A stretch of DNA of 63,836 nucleotides, the filler included, from Choristocarpus tenellus KU-1152 (lineage: Eukaryota; Protista; Phaeophyceae), in assembly GCA_964200185.2 (NCBI GenBank). It is 9 parts of 9 records of this genome, joined end to end, with 100 filler letters (N's around TTAATTAATTAA, not from the genome) between each part and the next. Parts side by side here need not be neighbours in the genome. Positions count along the whole stretch, not along the records: positions 44,275 to 52,215 come from CAXNAD020005362.1; positions 52,316 to 58,327 come from CAXNAD020009173.1; positions 58,428 to 61,143 come from CAXNAD020025356.1; positions 61,244 to 63,836 come from CAXNAD020026456.1; 5 more parts are not named here. The stretch is one strand, 5' to 3'. The translations under genes were made by a program, and so were the position numbers. How positions within the stretch are numbered: the stretch's first letter is position 1; each line of letters opens with the position of its first letter. Shown here piece after piece: positions 52,031 through 63,836 of this stretch. The notes below the pieces were generated by a model that was not told where the DNA came from, did not search any database, and worked only from the letters and a program-made list of their open reading frames with translations.

Positions 52031-52909
52031 GCGATTGTTTCTTGTTTGTGTGGGGTTAGGGTTAGGGTTAGTTAAGATACTACAGCGCCCGCTATTTTCT
52101 TTTTACTGTAAATTTTGAAGTCAATGCTTGTGAGCAAAGTCCAGCCCCACCCCCCCTCCCCCCCTTGTGTACTCGTGGACGCATACATCCATAGAATGCC
52201 CGTGCTTACCCTAGTNNNNNNNNNNNNNNNNNNNNNNNNNNNNNNNNNNNNNNNNNNNNTTAATTAATTAANNNNNNNNNNNNNNNNNNNNNNNNNNNNN
52301 NNNNNNNNNNNNNNNCTGGTGTAGATCCCCCCCACCCTCCCAGATACTTTGGGTCATTAGGAGAACTATTGGTCAGAGTGGACGAGAAAGGACGGGGAAG
52401 GCAAGCAGAACACAACCTCACTTCGGGTCTAGCGTGAATAACACCCGCATTTTAGTCTACTATTGGCAATGCATAGTACGTACCTACGATAAGAGATTGC
52501 CAACCACGACCGGATGCAGTACCTCATACATTTAGCACAAAACTCACGGGTTGATGGTGAACACTCCTGAATTAAAACGGTAGAGCATAGCACCCCTTCA
52601 AAATGTATTTTTCATTAATAGTAAGAATTGAAACAGATCCCGATGGTTGTCTAATCATAGTATAGAGCTCTTACGGAAGCACTCTAGGGTAATATTAGAG
52701 GATGGGTGTGAAACCACGGAGTGACATGATGCTGCATATTATAAGATCTGCTCAGCAAGCAACAGGAAAATTACAAATAAGAAGAAAGAGGGGCAGAAGC
52801 CTGTAAATGTATTCTGGTGTCTCTGGCACTACCTCTACTGGGGGTGGTATTCTCTTAGTCACAATGAACACCCGTCTCTCAGGGATATAGAGAGAGAGCT
52901 AGATAGCTA

Positions 52910-53179
52910 CATAGGTAGGTAGGTAGGTAGGTAGGTAGGTAGGTAGGTAGGTAGGTAGGTAGGTAGGTAGGTAGGTAGATAAATACATAGATACATAGAT
53001 ACATGGATACATAGATACATGGATACATGGATACATAGATACATAGATACATAGGTGCATAGATACATAGATACATAGATACATAGATACATGGATACAT
53101 AGGTGCATAGATACATAGATACATAGATACATAGATACATAGATACATAGATACATAGATACATAGATACATAGATACA
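52910..53179. repeat. Compound microsatellite: (TAGG)n then (ATACATAG)n
   Basis: Directly visible; it explains the MYLCIYVS/YLPT pseudo-ORFs. Confidence 0.95.
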
Positions 53180-53299
53180 GACCTAAGATCTTACCTGAAG
53201 GAAATACGAAGTCGCAGCAGAAACACCAGAATATTTTTTCGGCCTATCACTTGACTCAAAATGTCAACCTGTTGCAGTCGCAAGGAAGGAGTGGAGCTT

Positions 53300-54630
53300 G
53301 ATATTGTACTCATCAACTTCGTTTTCTCACCTTGGGGTGTCCGTGACTCGTCCCCGTGTTCAGCTGGGTAGGTGGTTGTTGTGGGACTCCGTTCACCGGA
53401 TCCCCCACTGCAATTTGCCTCAACCGTGTACTCGGGAATGTTCTTTTCTTGCCCCTCTTGGCCTGCGACAGTTGAAGCAGGGGAAAGGAAGGCACACGAG
53501 AGAGTTGAAATGAGAAATATTCATAAACTCAATAGCAAATACCCCCGTGAGTGAGTGAAGGTAGTGCATGAATTGAGGGGAAGTATTGCGTCTTTTCCAA
53601 CATGTGGAGAACGTCATGCACACACCTCCTCTTTCTCCAGCTCCTTCTCCCTTCTCTCACGGAAGGCCTTGGCTGCAGCATTCCCCCGCTGTAACCTTCT
53701 CCGTTCCCTCAACCTCTCAACTTCTTGCTGAGGCAAGGGGGGCGTGTCCATTCTGGGGTGGAAGAACGTGCAAGAGGGGTGAGCGTTGACTGCACCTTGG
53801 TCACGGTTCCTTGGCGGGAATTTGACACGCAGTGCCCCGTACTACAGGCCTGAAAAGGATAGGAAGGCCATGTCAAATGATAAGCGAGCTTTAGCCCAAG
53901 GCGTATGCGAGCGAGAGACGCGCCCCCTATTTCTTGATACATGGACAAAGGATGCGAAGGGGACGCCCAACAACTGAGGGAAACAAGCTCCTCACGCGTG
54001 AGCGGTCACTTTTGCCATGAACAACCGACCTTAGCCCCTCACAAACTGCATTCCATGCTCGGGACCGACAGTGGGTCAAACTGGCCAAAGTTGAGGGACA
54101 GGAGGATCTGATGGCACTGTTCACTTTGCACATAGAACAGAGGGCGTTTGACGCTTGGGGTATACCATTTGACGGACGGGAATAGTTCGACTTTGCACCA
54201 CCTTGCTCCTGTTGGCGTTCATCCTCAACAACCTCTACTCCGGCCTGATTTGGAGGAATTTTACCGAACCCAAGAGCCCGGTGCTCAGCCGGGAATATAC
54301 AAAGAGTCGACCTCGCGATCTGAGTGCCAATGCGTCGACCAAGAGCTCGAGGAGAAAACCTGCAACGGATTCCACAACCTCTCCACTCGAACGCCTGTGC
54401 CCGACAACATTCTCCCGCAGGCACGTCCTGGTACCCAACTCATCCTTTCCATTCCTAGGCGTCACCTCACCTTACTTTGCTTGGTGTTCCCTCCTCACAT
54501 CGGATGCCCTTCCTTTGCTGCAGAACGAGCCTCTCCTCCTGGATAAATTGCTCACCTTCGATATCTAAAGATACCTCCTTTTTTAATTTTTTGAAGATAT
54601 GTGGGTCTATCTTTTTTATTCAAGCATTAT

Positions 54631-54672
<42 letters not shown>
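53300..54672 (+). mobile_element. Probable 3' end of a decayed LINE with a (TAG)n tail
   Basis: Frameshifted coding-like sequence ends ...LCPTTFSRRH...LLDKLLTFDI*, followed by a short T-rich stretch and a (TAG)~14 microsatellite. No RT motif is visible. Confidence 0.35.
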
Positions 54673-54673
<1 letters not shown>

Positions 54674-55421
54674 TTTATTATTACTTATTCCTTGTTTGCA
54701 TTCCACCCTGTAAGACCAACCAGTGCGAACCCCTTTCGCCACTGGTTTCCACTCACCACCCCTTTCCCCTCAACCCTACTCACCCCACACCACCTTCCAC
54801 TCCACCACACCATTCACCACCACTATCCCCTCAATCTCACTCAACCCCACTCCACAATCATCATACAAGAACACCCCTTCATGGACCACTTCATACTGTG
54901 CCTTTGAACTAGAAGACATCTACCCCACCCGAACTTGACCTCCCCCACCCCGTTCCCCAGCATCCCAGTCGGTCGTGAGCAATCGAAAGGGTGGGTGGGT
55001 GGGAGAGATTGCTTGGAGATTGCCTTGTTCTAGCCTTGCTTGTCCTCTCCCATCAACCGCAGGTTTCCTTATGTTCTGACCCGTTCCCTCCTACCTCGTG
55101 CCTCTACCTACCACCATTTTTCTTTGAACTTCTCTCCTCCCTCTTCTATCTCCTAGCCACTCAGTCCTTAACTCTTCGTTCATTCCACCAATATAGTTTT
55201 TTAATCCCAATCATTCCTCTGTTCCCCATACGTCACTCCTACCAGAATTCTCCCGACCCCAAAACTCAGATTACTTCATAAACTTCCTCTTTGCGGTTCA
55301 TATGTCCCTCCAGTGGTGCACCTGTATGTCCACATTGTTGTCAGGTGCGTGTGCAATGGAAATATATCAATCTAAGCACCTATATTTCATTACCTGTGGG
55401 ATCTTTGTGAGGAATTCCAAG

Positions 55422-55463
<42 letters not shown>

Positions 55464-58457
55464 TCACAGTCCAGGATCCTACCTAACAGCCTGACCCCCA
55501 ATTCCTAATTTAAATAAAAAACACCTTGTGAACAAACCACACCCAGAAATGTTTGGCAAAAGGTTTGGACTAATGTAAGAAGGAAGAAGGAGGTGGCAGA
55601 AGTTGGTTACCAATACCTATCGCTTTGCGCTAGTGATCAAACCACTAGTTTGTACAAAGTTATTGCTATATCTTTCACTCTGACTGAGACTTGGAACCTC
55701 ACTTGACTTTATCGAGCCCTGCCCGATGGTCTGAGGCACGACATACTGCAATACTTCAAAGTTTAAGTACACATATACTCTTGAACTGTAACTAATATAC
55801 TCTTGTGCGTTGAGTTAAGCCATGGCACCATTCGTTACTCTGCCTCTAGAGTCTGGATCCTATAGCTCCCAACACAAGAGTTTTTTTCACGTTGGAAGGT
55901 CTGATGCAAGGAAGTCTCCAGCCCCATGCGTCTACACATAGATGACACCCTCACATTATCTATTTTGAGTAGCAGTAAGTAGGTTACACAGGTAGTGCTA
56001 GTTGGGATGATTGCCTATGAATCCACCTTCTGGTACATTGAGAGGGGCCTCGTTGCACTGGAAACAATTAGCGCGAACAGACGGCTAAACAGCGTCAGAC
56101 TCCTAACGAATATTGCTCGCTGGGTAACGAGTGCAAGCCAAGCCAGATATCCCTGAGGGATACTAGCATGCTAAGTGTGTAGCACGGGATGAGACCAGAG
56201 GCAAGAGCATCTAAACAATGCGCCTGGGTATTGTTCGTAGATAGTGCTGCTGATACACTATATAGACACCACCAGTGGATTAGCTAATACGATGGAGAGC
56301 CAGTGATATACCATATATGTATTGACTCACTAGTATCCATTGATTTGTGTCATGTTCAAGATACGCTTGCTATACTGAAGACAAGTAAATACGTGATTCA
56401 TGTATTGCAGGGACGTGAGATATTAGATTATCAGTTGATATATCATATACGGTGTGTAGATAGTATTGTTTTCTGATTATCCATGTGGACGTTGCAAATC
56501 CGACACGGTAGTCTGCACCAGCCTCACCCCACAAGTCCAGTTAGTGGAATCGAGACCATATGCCTCTTGTAACATTAATATTGTATATCTACATCAAGCC
56601 ATTTATTGTCTTCTATCAAGGCACACGACCGTGGGTCCAGTGTGGAATATTTCAACAGGTACCATTACTTGGCAAGGGTGAAGAGGTCTTTGCGGCTCAC
56701 CTTTGTCAATTCGGGGTGTAGCAGCAACGATACCTACCCAGATACCCAGTTACTGCGAGGTAGAGTTAAGCTTTTTTTATTGCACAAGTGCCGCTTTTGT
56801 GGGATGGAACGGTGTACGGTTGGTGTGTATTTGTGTGCGCACTCTAGACACACAAACAGAAGGAGCTTCAAACGAAATTGACCTGGCTGGGTAACTGGGG
56901 TTGTTGTCACACCCAACAAATTCGAGCCATAGTGAACTGCAGAATCTTTTCGCTTTTCCATCATGATAGACGAACCGAGATGGGTATGCCGTTTGTGTGG
57001 TGTTTATGTTGCTGTATTCGAATCTCTTCTTAAGAATGAGAGACGGAAGTGATCTTTGCTGTTGGTAATAGGGGTTGGGACACACAGGGACACTACTGGT
57101 CGAGCTGTAAATGCAGTTTGAAGTCCCTAACCAGATACTTGGCTGGAAATCCACTAGTGGTATTGAGTGATAAGGAAGTATGCCATAGACACGTCTTGAT
57201 ATCCCATTTGTATCATTCCATTCTGTGTCGCAATGGTAGATAAACAAGAGTACATGGATCAATGCGTACGTGTGCACTGGGTGTTCCGGCAATACTCTCG
57301 TCTTTGTAATTCAGTCTAGTGTAAAGCCCAAACATCGATGCCAGTGTACACACCCCTAATCTAACGTATCGTTTGTCATCAAAGGAAACATACTCATGTG
57401 ACACATCATCTTCACCATTGGTTTGTCGAACATTTCTTATCTACTCGGGGTAATATCATCTTCTGTGCTTTGTCCCTCCACCTCACGTCCCAAACATTTC
57501 TGTATGCTTTGTTTTCTAGGCAGCAGGCCTTGCAGGGTTCAGAAAAAGGATGGAGTCTGAGACTTTGTACTGAATGAGTGCTTACGTGGAGATAGTGAAG
57601 TCTGGGGCGACAATGTTATGTAGTTATAGTTATGTTGTCTAAGAGGTTCAAGATTCTTTATAACCCTACACCTTGTACTAGGATTTTTCCGGTTGGAAAA
57701 GCAGAACAGGACAAGCATAGAACAACAGCTCTTTATGATGTGCACGGACAACTGTACGAGCATAGTGGAAAAGAGTTCGGTTTTAAAATCTTATTACCTG
57801 TGTTTTCCATGTACACTAGGAAGACTATTGGAAAGCTTAAGGACAATGGAGTTAGTTGAGAGTTGAGTCAGTGATCTCACTACTCACAGCGAAATCTTCT
57901 GTGAACACTCAAGTAAGCTCGATCCTCTCTTGTCCAACCCACAAAATGATGGTCTATTGGTTAGCTTATCAAAGTCTCCGTGGTGTATGCCATAAAAATA
58001 ATTGGTGGGGATACTAGTTGATCAATCTATATAGATTGAGCGCACAATTGAGCGGTCAAACTGGTTGTTGGCTTGTTGTTGTCGGTCTGTGGTATAATCC
58101 ATTTCCATCTGGTATGATGCCCTTTTCGCCCAAACTATTTCCAGAGAGAGAGAAGACATCAGAAGCGAGCGAAAATGTTTTGCCATAAAAGAAAGACACT
58201 GACTCGACATGTATATGGGACTTTAATGTAGAGAAGAAAGATTGGGAGAAGGATAAACTGACAGAAGGCTAACTGATGTCAGAGGGCTCAAAGTGTCTGG
58301 GGGGGGGGTGACGGCTGTCCATTTTGGNNNNNNNNNNNNNNNNNNNNNNNNNNNNNNNNNNNNNNNNNNNNTTAATTAATTAANNNNNNNNNNNNNNNNN
58401 NNNNNNNNNNNNNNNNNNNNNNNNNNNTATGTTTTAACATCCTGTGACGCTCGGGAC

Positions 58458-59324
58458 TTACACTGTAGATGAGTCGCTTAGGAGATCACTGTGGGTCCTA
58501 AGAGAGTCAGACAGTAGTTGCTCAAGAAGCTCGATGCGGAAAGGGGTAAGGGCATCACTATGTGGATGTGATATGTTACGATAGTGGACACGATCTTTGG
58601 GTAAGGCCCAAGATCCTCCTTGGACCCTCCCTAAGGCCTTGGTAAGAGCTTCAGCGAAAAAAACGGGGTTGTTTGACAAGGTTGGGGCGGAGTTATCTGC
58701 AGGTACTCCAAGAAAGACGGGGCCGTGGGCAGAGTCTCCGAGTTTCCTATGAATGCGTTCCATGGTTTTAACACAATCTTGGTGATAACGCATATCGAGG
58801 TTGCACTCCTGCCTATCGGGTCGTGACTGACGCGACTCGGCTCGAGTACGCAACTCACGAATCTCTCTTTGCAACTCTGCCTCAACCTCTCTGGACTGAC
58901 GTACCGTACTCAGGCTATTCCTTCGAGATTGTCTGGATGATACAGACCTGTGTGAAGAATCATAATCGCTGGTCCGACGGTGACGACGTGGTGAACGGGT
59001 GTGGCCTCTGCGTTCTTCTCTGGCCCGCCTTCCATGTCGATGAGAGGGTCTGTCCCGGGATCTCGACCTGGAGCGGGATCTGCCACGAGTGGAAGACCGA
59101 AAACGAACGCGCTCTATGCGCCTGTCTCGACGTTCAGTAGCATGGACACGACTGCGACCAGAATTGCCTTGAGTTGCGGTACTGGACTGGAGTCTCTTAG
59201 AATCATTGATTCCTTGGAGAGTCTGCAGGTCGGAGGCGACCTCAGCTTCTTGCGAATACTGTGAGCCAGATATGTCTGTAAACGTGGGGAGTAAAAAGGC
59301 AAGATGGCAACCAAAAGCGAACAA
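58458..59324 (-). CDS. 288-aa Arg/Ser-rich + coiled-coil ORF; possible retroelement gag/ORF1
   Basis: Longest uninterrupted ORF in the window; contains RGRSRSRSRSRDR and EVEAELQREIRELR. It lies just downstream of a dispersed ~280-bp repeat. No ATG start is evident. Confidence 0.35.
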   Translation of the reverse strand: MFAFGCHLAFLLPTFTDISGSQYSQEAEVASDLQTLQGINDSKRLQSSTATQGNSGRSRVHATERRDRRIERVRFRSSTRGRSRSRSRSRDRPSHRHGRRAREERRGHTRSPRRHRRTSDYDSSHRSVSSRQSRRNSLSTVRQSREVEAELQREIRELRTRAESRQSRPDRQECNLDMRYHQDCVKTMERIHRKLGDSAHGPVFLGVPADNSAPTLSNNPVFFAEALTKALGRVQGGSWALPKDRVHYRNISHPHSDALTPFRIELLEQLLSDSLRTHSDLLSDSSTV

Positions 59325-59399
59325 AAATGTGTGAGTAAAGGAACGCAGAACAATTGACTACCTTAGCAATGTCTCGACCATGGTGGTCAAATACCACAC

Positions 59400-59675
59400 A
59401 TTTTATGACTATAGGCGAGTGATGTGGTGAGCAGAGGTCACTCATTCTATGGCTAGAGAAGGGCGATTCTCTCAGAGCCACCCAAGCTCTCAGATCAATT
59501 AGATGACCAGTCCAGGGAGGGAATCCTGTAGACGACAAATGAAGACCTCAAACCCAGGTAGGGCAAGAAACCAACCCAGGTGGAACTAGAAAACAATCCT
59601 ATGTGTTAAGGTGAACAAGGAGTAATCCCTCCAGTTTGAAGAGAGGCGGTATGACCTCCATGTTACAGGCGCCTC
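59400..59675 (-). repeat. Dispersed ~280-bp repeat, inverted homologue of 61890-62195
   Basis: Shared blocks: ggcgcc(t/c)gtaacatggaggtc.taccgcctctcttcaaactggag; gtggct.tgag.gaatcgcccttctct; ccacatca...cctatagtc.taa. Confidence 0.75.
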
Positions 59676-60322
59676 TCAATGCTCACCTTCCCAGGATGTA
59701 CAACTCAAATCCAACGACCTTAAAACGACGCTACGAGGGGGTCCACAGATGATAACCACGTACGATGTCAGCTTGATGTTTAGCTCAGTCGATATCTTGC
59801 TTTCGCTTTATCAAAAGAGGTTCAATCGAAAAGGTCTGAGAGCCTGGTAGTCTACATCAGCCTTCTATTAGCATCATCCACCAATTTTCTACAGCCAAAG
59901 AGTTAAATGAAGTCTGCTAACTGCTAAGTGAATACTTTAATCATGAATCTTTACTTTGCAACTTCCAGAAATTAACACCTATTCTGTAAGATTATGTTCG
60001 AATTTCAAGTCTTGCTCTGCGTCTCCTATCAAAATCATCATTTATCTTGTAAGGCTACCTATTTATTACTAATATCGTATATTGTTCGTACTTGTGTCAG
60101 AACTCAAGAAACAATCCTCACACTATACGTCTGTTACAAATATTCGTATTTCCTGAAACATAAGAAGAAAATGTTCGCGCTATTCGCGTGTAACAAACGC
60201 TCGCACTTCATTGAAATACAAGAAGAAACGCTCATGCTATTCGCCTGTAACAGGAAGTGATGGATTGCTGGGCATTTGGACCTGAAGGTGGCCATGGAAA
60301 TGTTGAGTTCGGGAGGAGTGAA

Positions 60323-60579
60323 GAACCAAAGTATCTTAGAGGGTAGAGCCGCGTCCATTTGGGGGTCAAAATCCAATGTTCCGATTTTGATGTAATTTTG
60401 GCCGTCGTCTTGTTAGGAAGTGTCAATATCCATGTTCTGAACACACCTTTTCATAACGTATACATTTTACCTACTCCTCAACATCTCGGAGTAGGAAAAT
60501 GTCCTAAAAACCCCACGGAGAGCCAAGCCCCAAATGAACAAACAGGGCAAAACTCGTACCCTCTATGATACTTTCACTC
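60323..60579 (+). mobile_element. MITE family A
   Basis: Same TIRs and body; TGAA duplicated on both flanks. Confidence 0.85.
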
Positions 60580-61889
60580 TGAAGTGAGTTAGGGGATCGC
60601 CCAGCAAGGAAGCCAGGGTGTTTGGGGTGGCAAGGGTGACCTGGTGCACTGGAAATGAGCTGCGGTGGGTTGTTGTTGGGGTGTGTGGTGGATGGTAGGT
60701 TAACTGAATGGTGGTGTTGGACGTGGGGAGATGGGGTAGTTGTGGGTGAAAGGTTAAGGGAATAGAGGCGTTGGACGAGGTTGATTGTGGAAGGAAGAAG
60801 GTTGGTTGGGTCTGAGGTGTGATCAGTGGGATTAAGGGGTTGTGGGTGGGCAGGCTGTATAGAGCTTCTGGTAAGTGGAGTGAGTGTTAGGATGAGGTGT
60901 GGGAAGGGTCGAAGGGTAAGGGTAGGAAGGGATGGACAGTAGTCTTGAACAGGTGTTGTAAATGTGTTGGGGTGGGTAAGATGTGATGGGGCAACAATGT
61001 GGCTGAGGTTCTCGTCTGTAGGTTGGATAGATATGTGGTGTTGATGTTGTTGGTTCCTATGCAGGTTATGTGATGTGTAGATAGGGGGTTGTGACTTGGG
61101 GAGGGAGGGGGGGGTAGGTAGGTGAGTTGGGCGGTAGAGTGGGNNNNNNNNNNNNNNNNNNNNNNNNNNNNNNNNNNNNNNNNNNNNTTAATTAATTAAN
61201 NNNNNNNNNNNNNNNNNNNNNNNNNNNNNNNNNNNNNNNNNNNGTTCTTCGTTCTGACAGTCCATTTTGGCTGTTTGGTCAAATCCAGACCTTATGGGTG
61301 TGGTTGATTTATTGGACTGGTCGGTATGGGTGAGCCCAAATGACGTAGTTCGCGCGCGCAATTGTATATGACCGCGCGTCTTATGCACAAGTGTGTGTGT
61401 CGGAGATCCCAAAAAAGGAACCTGTCCCTGACATTTATACTAGTTTGTTTTGCTGACGAATTCTGGATTATTATTATTTGCTTATTCCTTGTTTGCCATT
61501 CCTCTATTCTCCATTTACCATTTGATGACCAACCAGTGCGAATGCCCTTCGTCACTGATTGCCCGCCATCCCCCACATTTGATGACCAACTGTCACAGGC
61601 GATATGTCTTGATGGCGGTTTCATAAAACACCATTATGACATTGAAGGTCTAGATTTGATATATTTGTACTTCTTGATTATTTATTTATTATATTATATT
61701 TGGTCATTATGGTCCCCGATTGTGGTAAGACATCGTAGACCAGTTCCTTTTTACACAATGATATTGATGATAATCCAAGTGAGAGATCCAGCATACTTGA
61801 TGACTTGTGCATCAGGAGACCTATACATACATCAGTATCATCTATAGGCCCGTAGATTGGAGCTATACATCCTGTGGAGGTAAGCTTCT

Positions 61890-62195
61890 GGGGCGCCCGT
61901 AACATGGAGGTCCTACCGCCTCTCTTCAAACTGGAGAGACTGCCCCGTCTTCACCTCAACACTTAGGACTCTTTGTAGCTTCCTACGCCCGCCTGGATTC
62001 TTTTCTTGTTCCACCTAGATTCCTTTCTCATTCCACCTGGGTTTGTGGTCTTCATTCGTCGTCTACGGGATTCTCTCCTTGGGCTCGTCATCTTCATGGT
62101 CTGAGGACTTCTGTGGCTTTGAGGGAATCGCCCTTCTCTTGCTGTAAAAAGAGTGGCCTCCGATCGCCACATCATCCACCTATAGTCGTAAACGA
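61890..62195 (+). repeat. Second copy of the ~280-300-bp dispersed repeat
   Basis: Reverse-complement similarity to 59400-59675. Confidence 0.75.
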
Positions 62196-62682
62196 GTGGT
62201 TTTCGACCGCGATAGGGTATGTGCAATATAGGCGGGTAGTCTATATGGTTTATAGGTGTTTAGTGACCACTAGTAGAGAATAGGAACGTTGACTAAGTGG
62301 AACAAGTGTCATTGACTTGTTAACGTGTGCTTAGAGTAATAAGTTCGAATCTCAGACAATTGATTTCATATTACTTGATATAAATTGATTGATGGAGGAT
62401 TGCTGACATAGTACGACCAACGGCAGGACACATTTTGATGTGCCAGCTGATGTGTCAGCTGACGTGTGCAATAAGATAATAAGAGAGAGCCCCCCCCACT
62501 TCAAGGGATAGTGCTCACTCCGCTAATAAACACATCCGTACCACATCAAGAAAAGATTCTATTGAATAGCTTTCTTTTTGCATAGTATAGACGTTGCCTA
62601 GGTAGTTCTTCCTCGCCATTTGTACACTCACATTCCCGATCTATTTTTCGTGTATCACACTGTTATTTTATCCCACAGGTCT

Positions 62683-62796
62683 AGTCGGAACTGGGTCCCT
62701 AGGTCGCAAAAAAACTGGCAGAGTGGGAACGGAGTCGGAACTGGAGTCCCTAGGTTACAAAAAAAAAACTGGCAAGAGTCGGAACTGGAGCCCCTA
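62683..62796. repeat. Short tandem repeat with GTCGGAACTGG..CCCTA core
   Basis: Core at ~62684, ~62733 and ~62778, separated by A-run + CTGGCA spacers. Confidence 0.8.
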
Positions 62797-63039
62797 TGTC
62801 GCCATGTTGCAATTAATACATGCTGCCGCAGCACGATTTGAGGTGATAGATCACATTTATTGTCCTGACCTGTAATAATCGCCTGTGGCAAGCGTGAAGC
62901 ACTTATTCCTAGTTCACGCTGGGGGACATGTTACACGCGAATAGCATGTCTGCCTTTTCGCATTCCAACCAGTGTGAGTAGCCTTGTTATGCCATTTACT
63001 ATCTTATGTGGTTTTTAGGCATTTTTGTTTGTATTTGAG

Positions 63040-63670
63040 ACATTATTCCTGTTTTCTATTGTTTGTGTTTATAGTTCTGAAGGGGGAAGAGTCTATGACA
63101 ACACCCTATTTCATTACTATTGTAATTTATCATCCATATTCATTTGTGTTGATATTTATGAAGAGGGAGAGTCTTACTATGGCACTCCCATTTTTCTGAG
63201 TCTTTTTGTTATGTCCTTTGTTTGTGCGTAGAGCAAGCCTTTATATGGCAGGACCTTGTTTTTGTTTGTGACTGCGATACATCTTGGTGTCCAACAATTT
63301 GTGTTTATAGCTGTGAAGGGGGACACTCTAAGCAGTACCCTATTTCTGTGCTATTGTAATTTTGTGCCTGAATTCATTTTTGCTGATAGTTGTGAAGGGG
63401 GAGAGACTTACTGAGATACTCTATTGTTATTTTTTATGGTATATATTCATAGTTCCTAGCAAAGGGTAAGCCTTTCTATGACAGCACTCAATATCTTTTG
63501 TGATTGTGAGTTATGGTCTTAGTGTCCTGTCGTTGCTGTGTTTTAGTTCTGAAGGGGGAGAGTCTATGGCAATACCCAAGTTCAGTGCTACTATGGTTTT
63601 GTGTCTGTATTTGTGTTTGTTTATCTTGGAAGAAGGGGTTGACTCTTTTTAGACAGTACCCTACTTTTGA
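63040..63670. repeat. Degenerate ~80-bp tandem array with GAAGGGGGAGAG core
   Basis: Cores near 63079, 63160, 63315, 63394, 63551 and 63632, followed by ..accct/ccc..; T-rich spacers. Confidence 0.7.
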
Positions 63671-63836
63671 CGTGTGTATGAGACTCTGGTGTAGGAGTTT
63701 TTCTTTTGAACGTTGAGTCAAATGCAGAGTGAGTGCTGTGAGGTGCGAGTGTCGCGCTAACATATCTGTTGTCAGGGCAAATGTTGGAAGGGGGTTTTTG
63801 CTCCAGGTTTCCTCCTCTGCTGGATCCCCACCGCGG

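Noticed and set aside
52879-53172. MYLCIYVS/YLPT repeat ORFs
   Set aside because: Translations of microsatellites.
56703-56894. EIDLAG as a possible kinesin switch II exon
   Set aside because: Followed by a stop rather than SE, no kinesin-like context, and several gaps away.
19465-61243. Recurrent TTAATTAATTAA motif
   Set aside because: Always centred in exactly 100-bp N spacers; an assembly linker, not biology.

Overview
Eukaryotic, intron-rich scaffold; not prokaryotic. Most likely a brown alga or related stramenopile, inferred from long introns, a bipartite plastid-type leader and TTAGGG repeats. Nine segments are joined by eight artificial 100-bp spacers (N44-TTAATTAATTAA-N44), so adjacency across them is unverified. 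The left 34 kb is genic, with five hand-spliced gene models. (1) A minus-strand gene encoding a leader, a Peptidase_S74/intramolecular-chaperone-like domain lacking the autocleavage motif, and a coiled coil; it probably continues off the left edge. (2) 250 bp away and divergent, a 15-exon GH47 alpha-1,2-mannosidase (~870 aa) with a long N-terminal extension containing an 8-Cys module and two GC-AG introns. (3, 4) A second head-to-head pair: a hypothetical gene and a probable plastid DedA/VTT membrane protein. (5) The 5' part of a kinesin with a ~200-aa low-complexity insertion and a GC-AG intron inside its P-loop, cut off by a gap. The right 29 kb is mostly decayed LINE-like and other repeats, micro/minisatellites, interstitial TTAGGG and one Arg/Ser-rich ORF. 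About 24 copies or fragments of several MITE subfamilies with shared G..CAAAG(T/C)A termini occur throughout, including a triple nest, plus one deleted Tc1/mariner. No rRNA, tRNA or CRISPR was seen.
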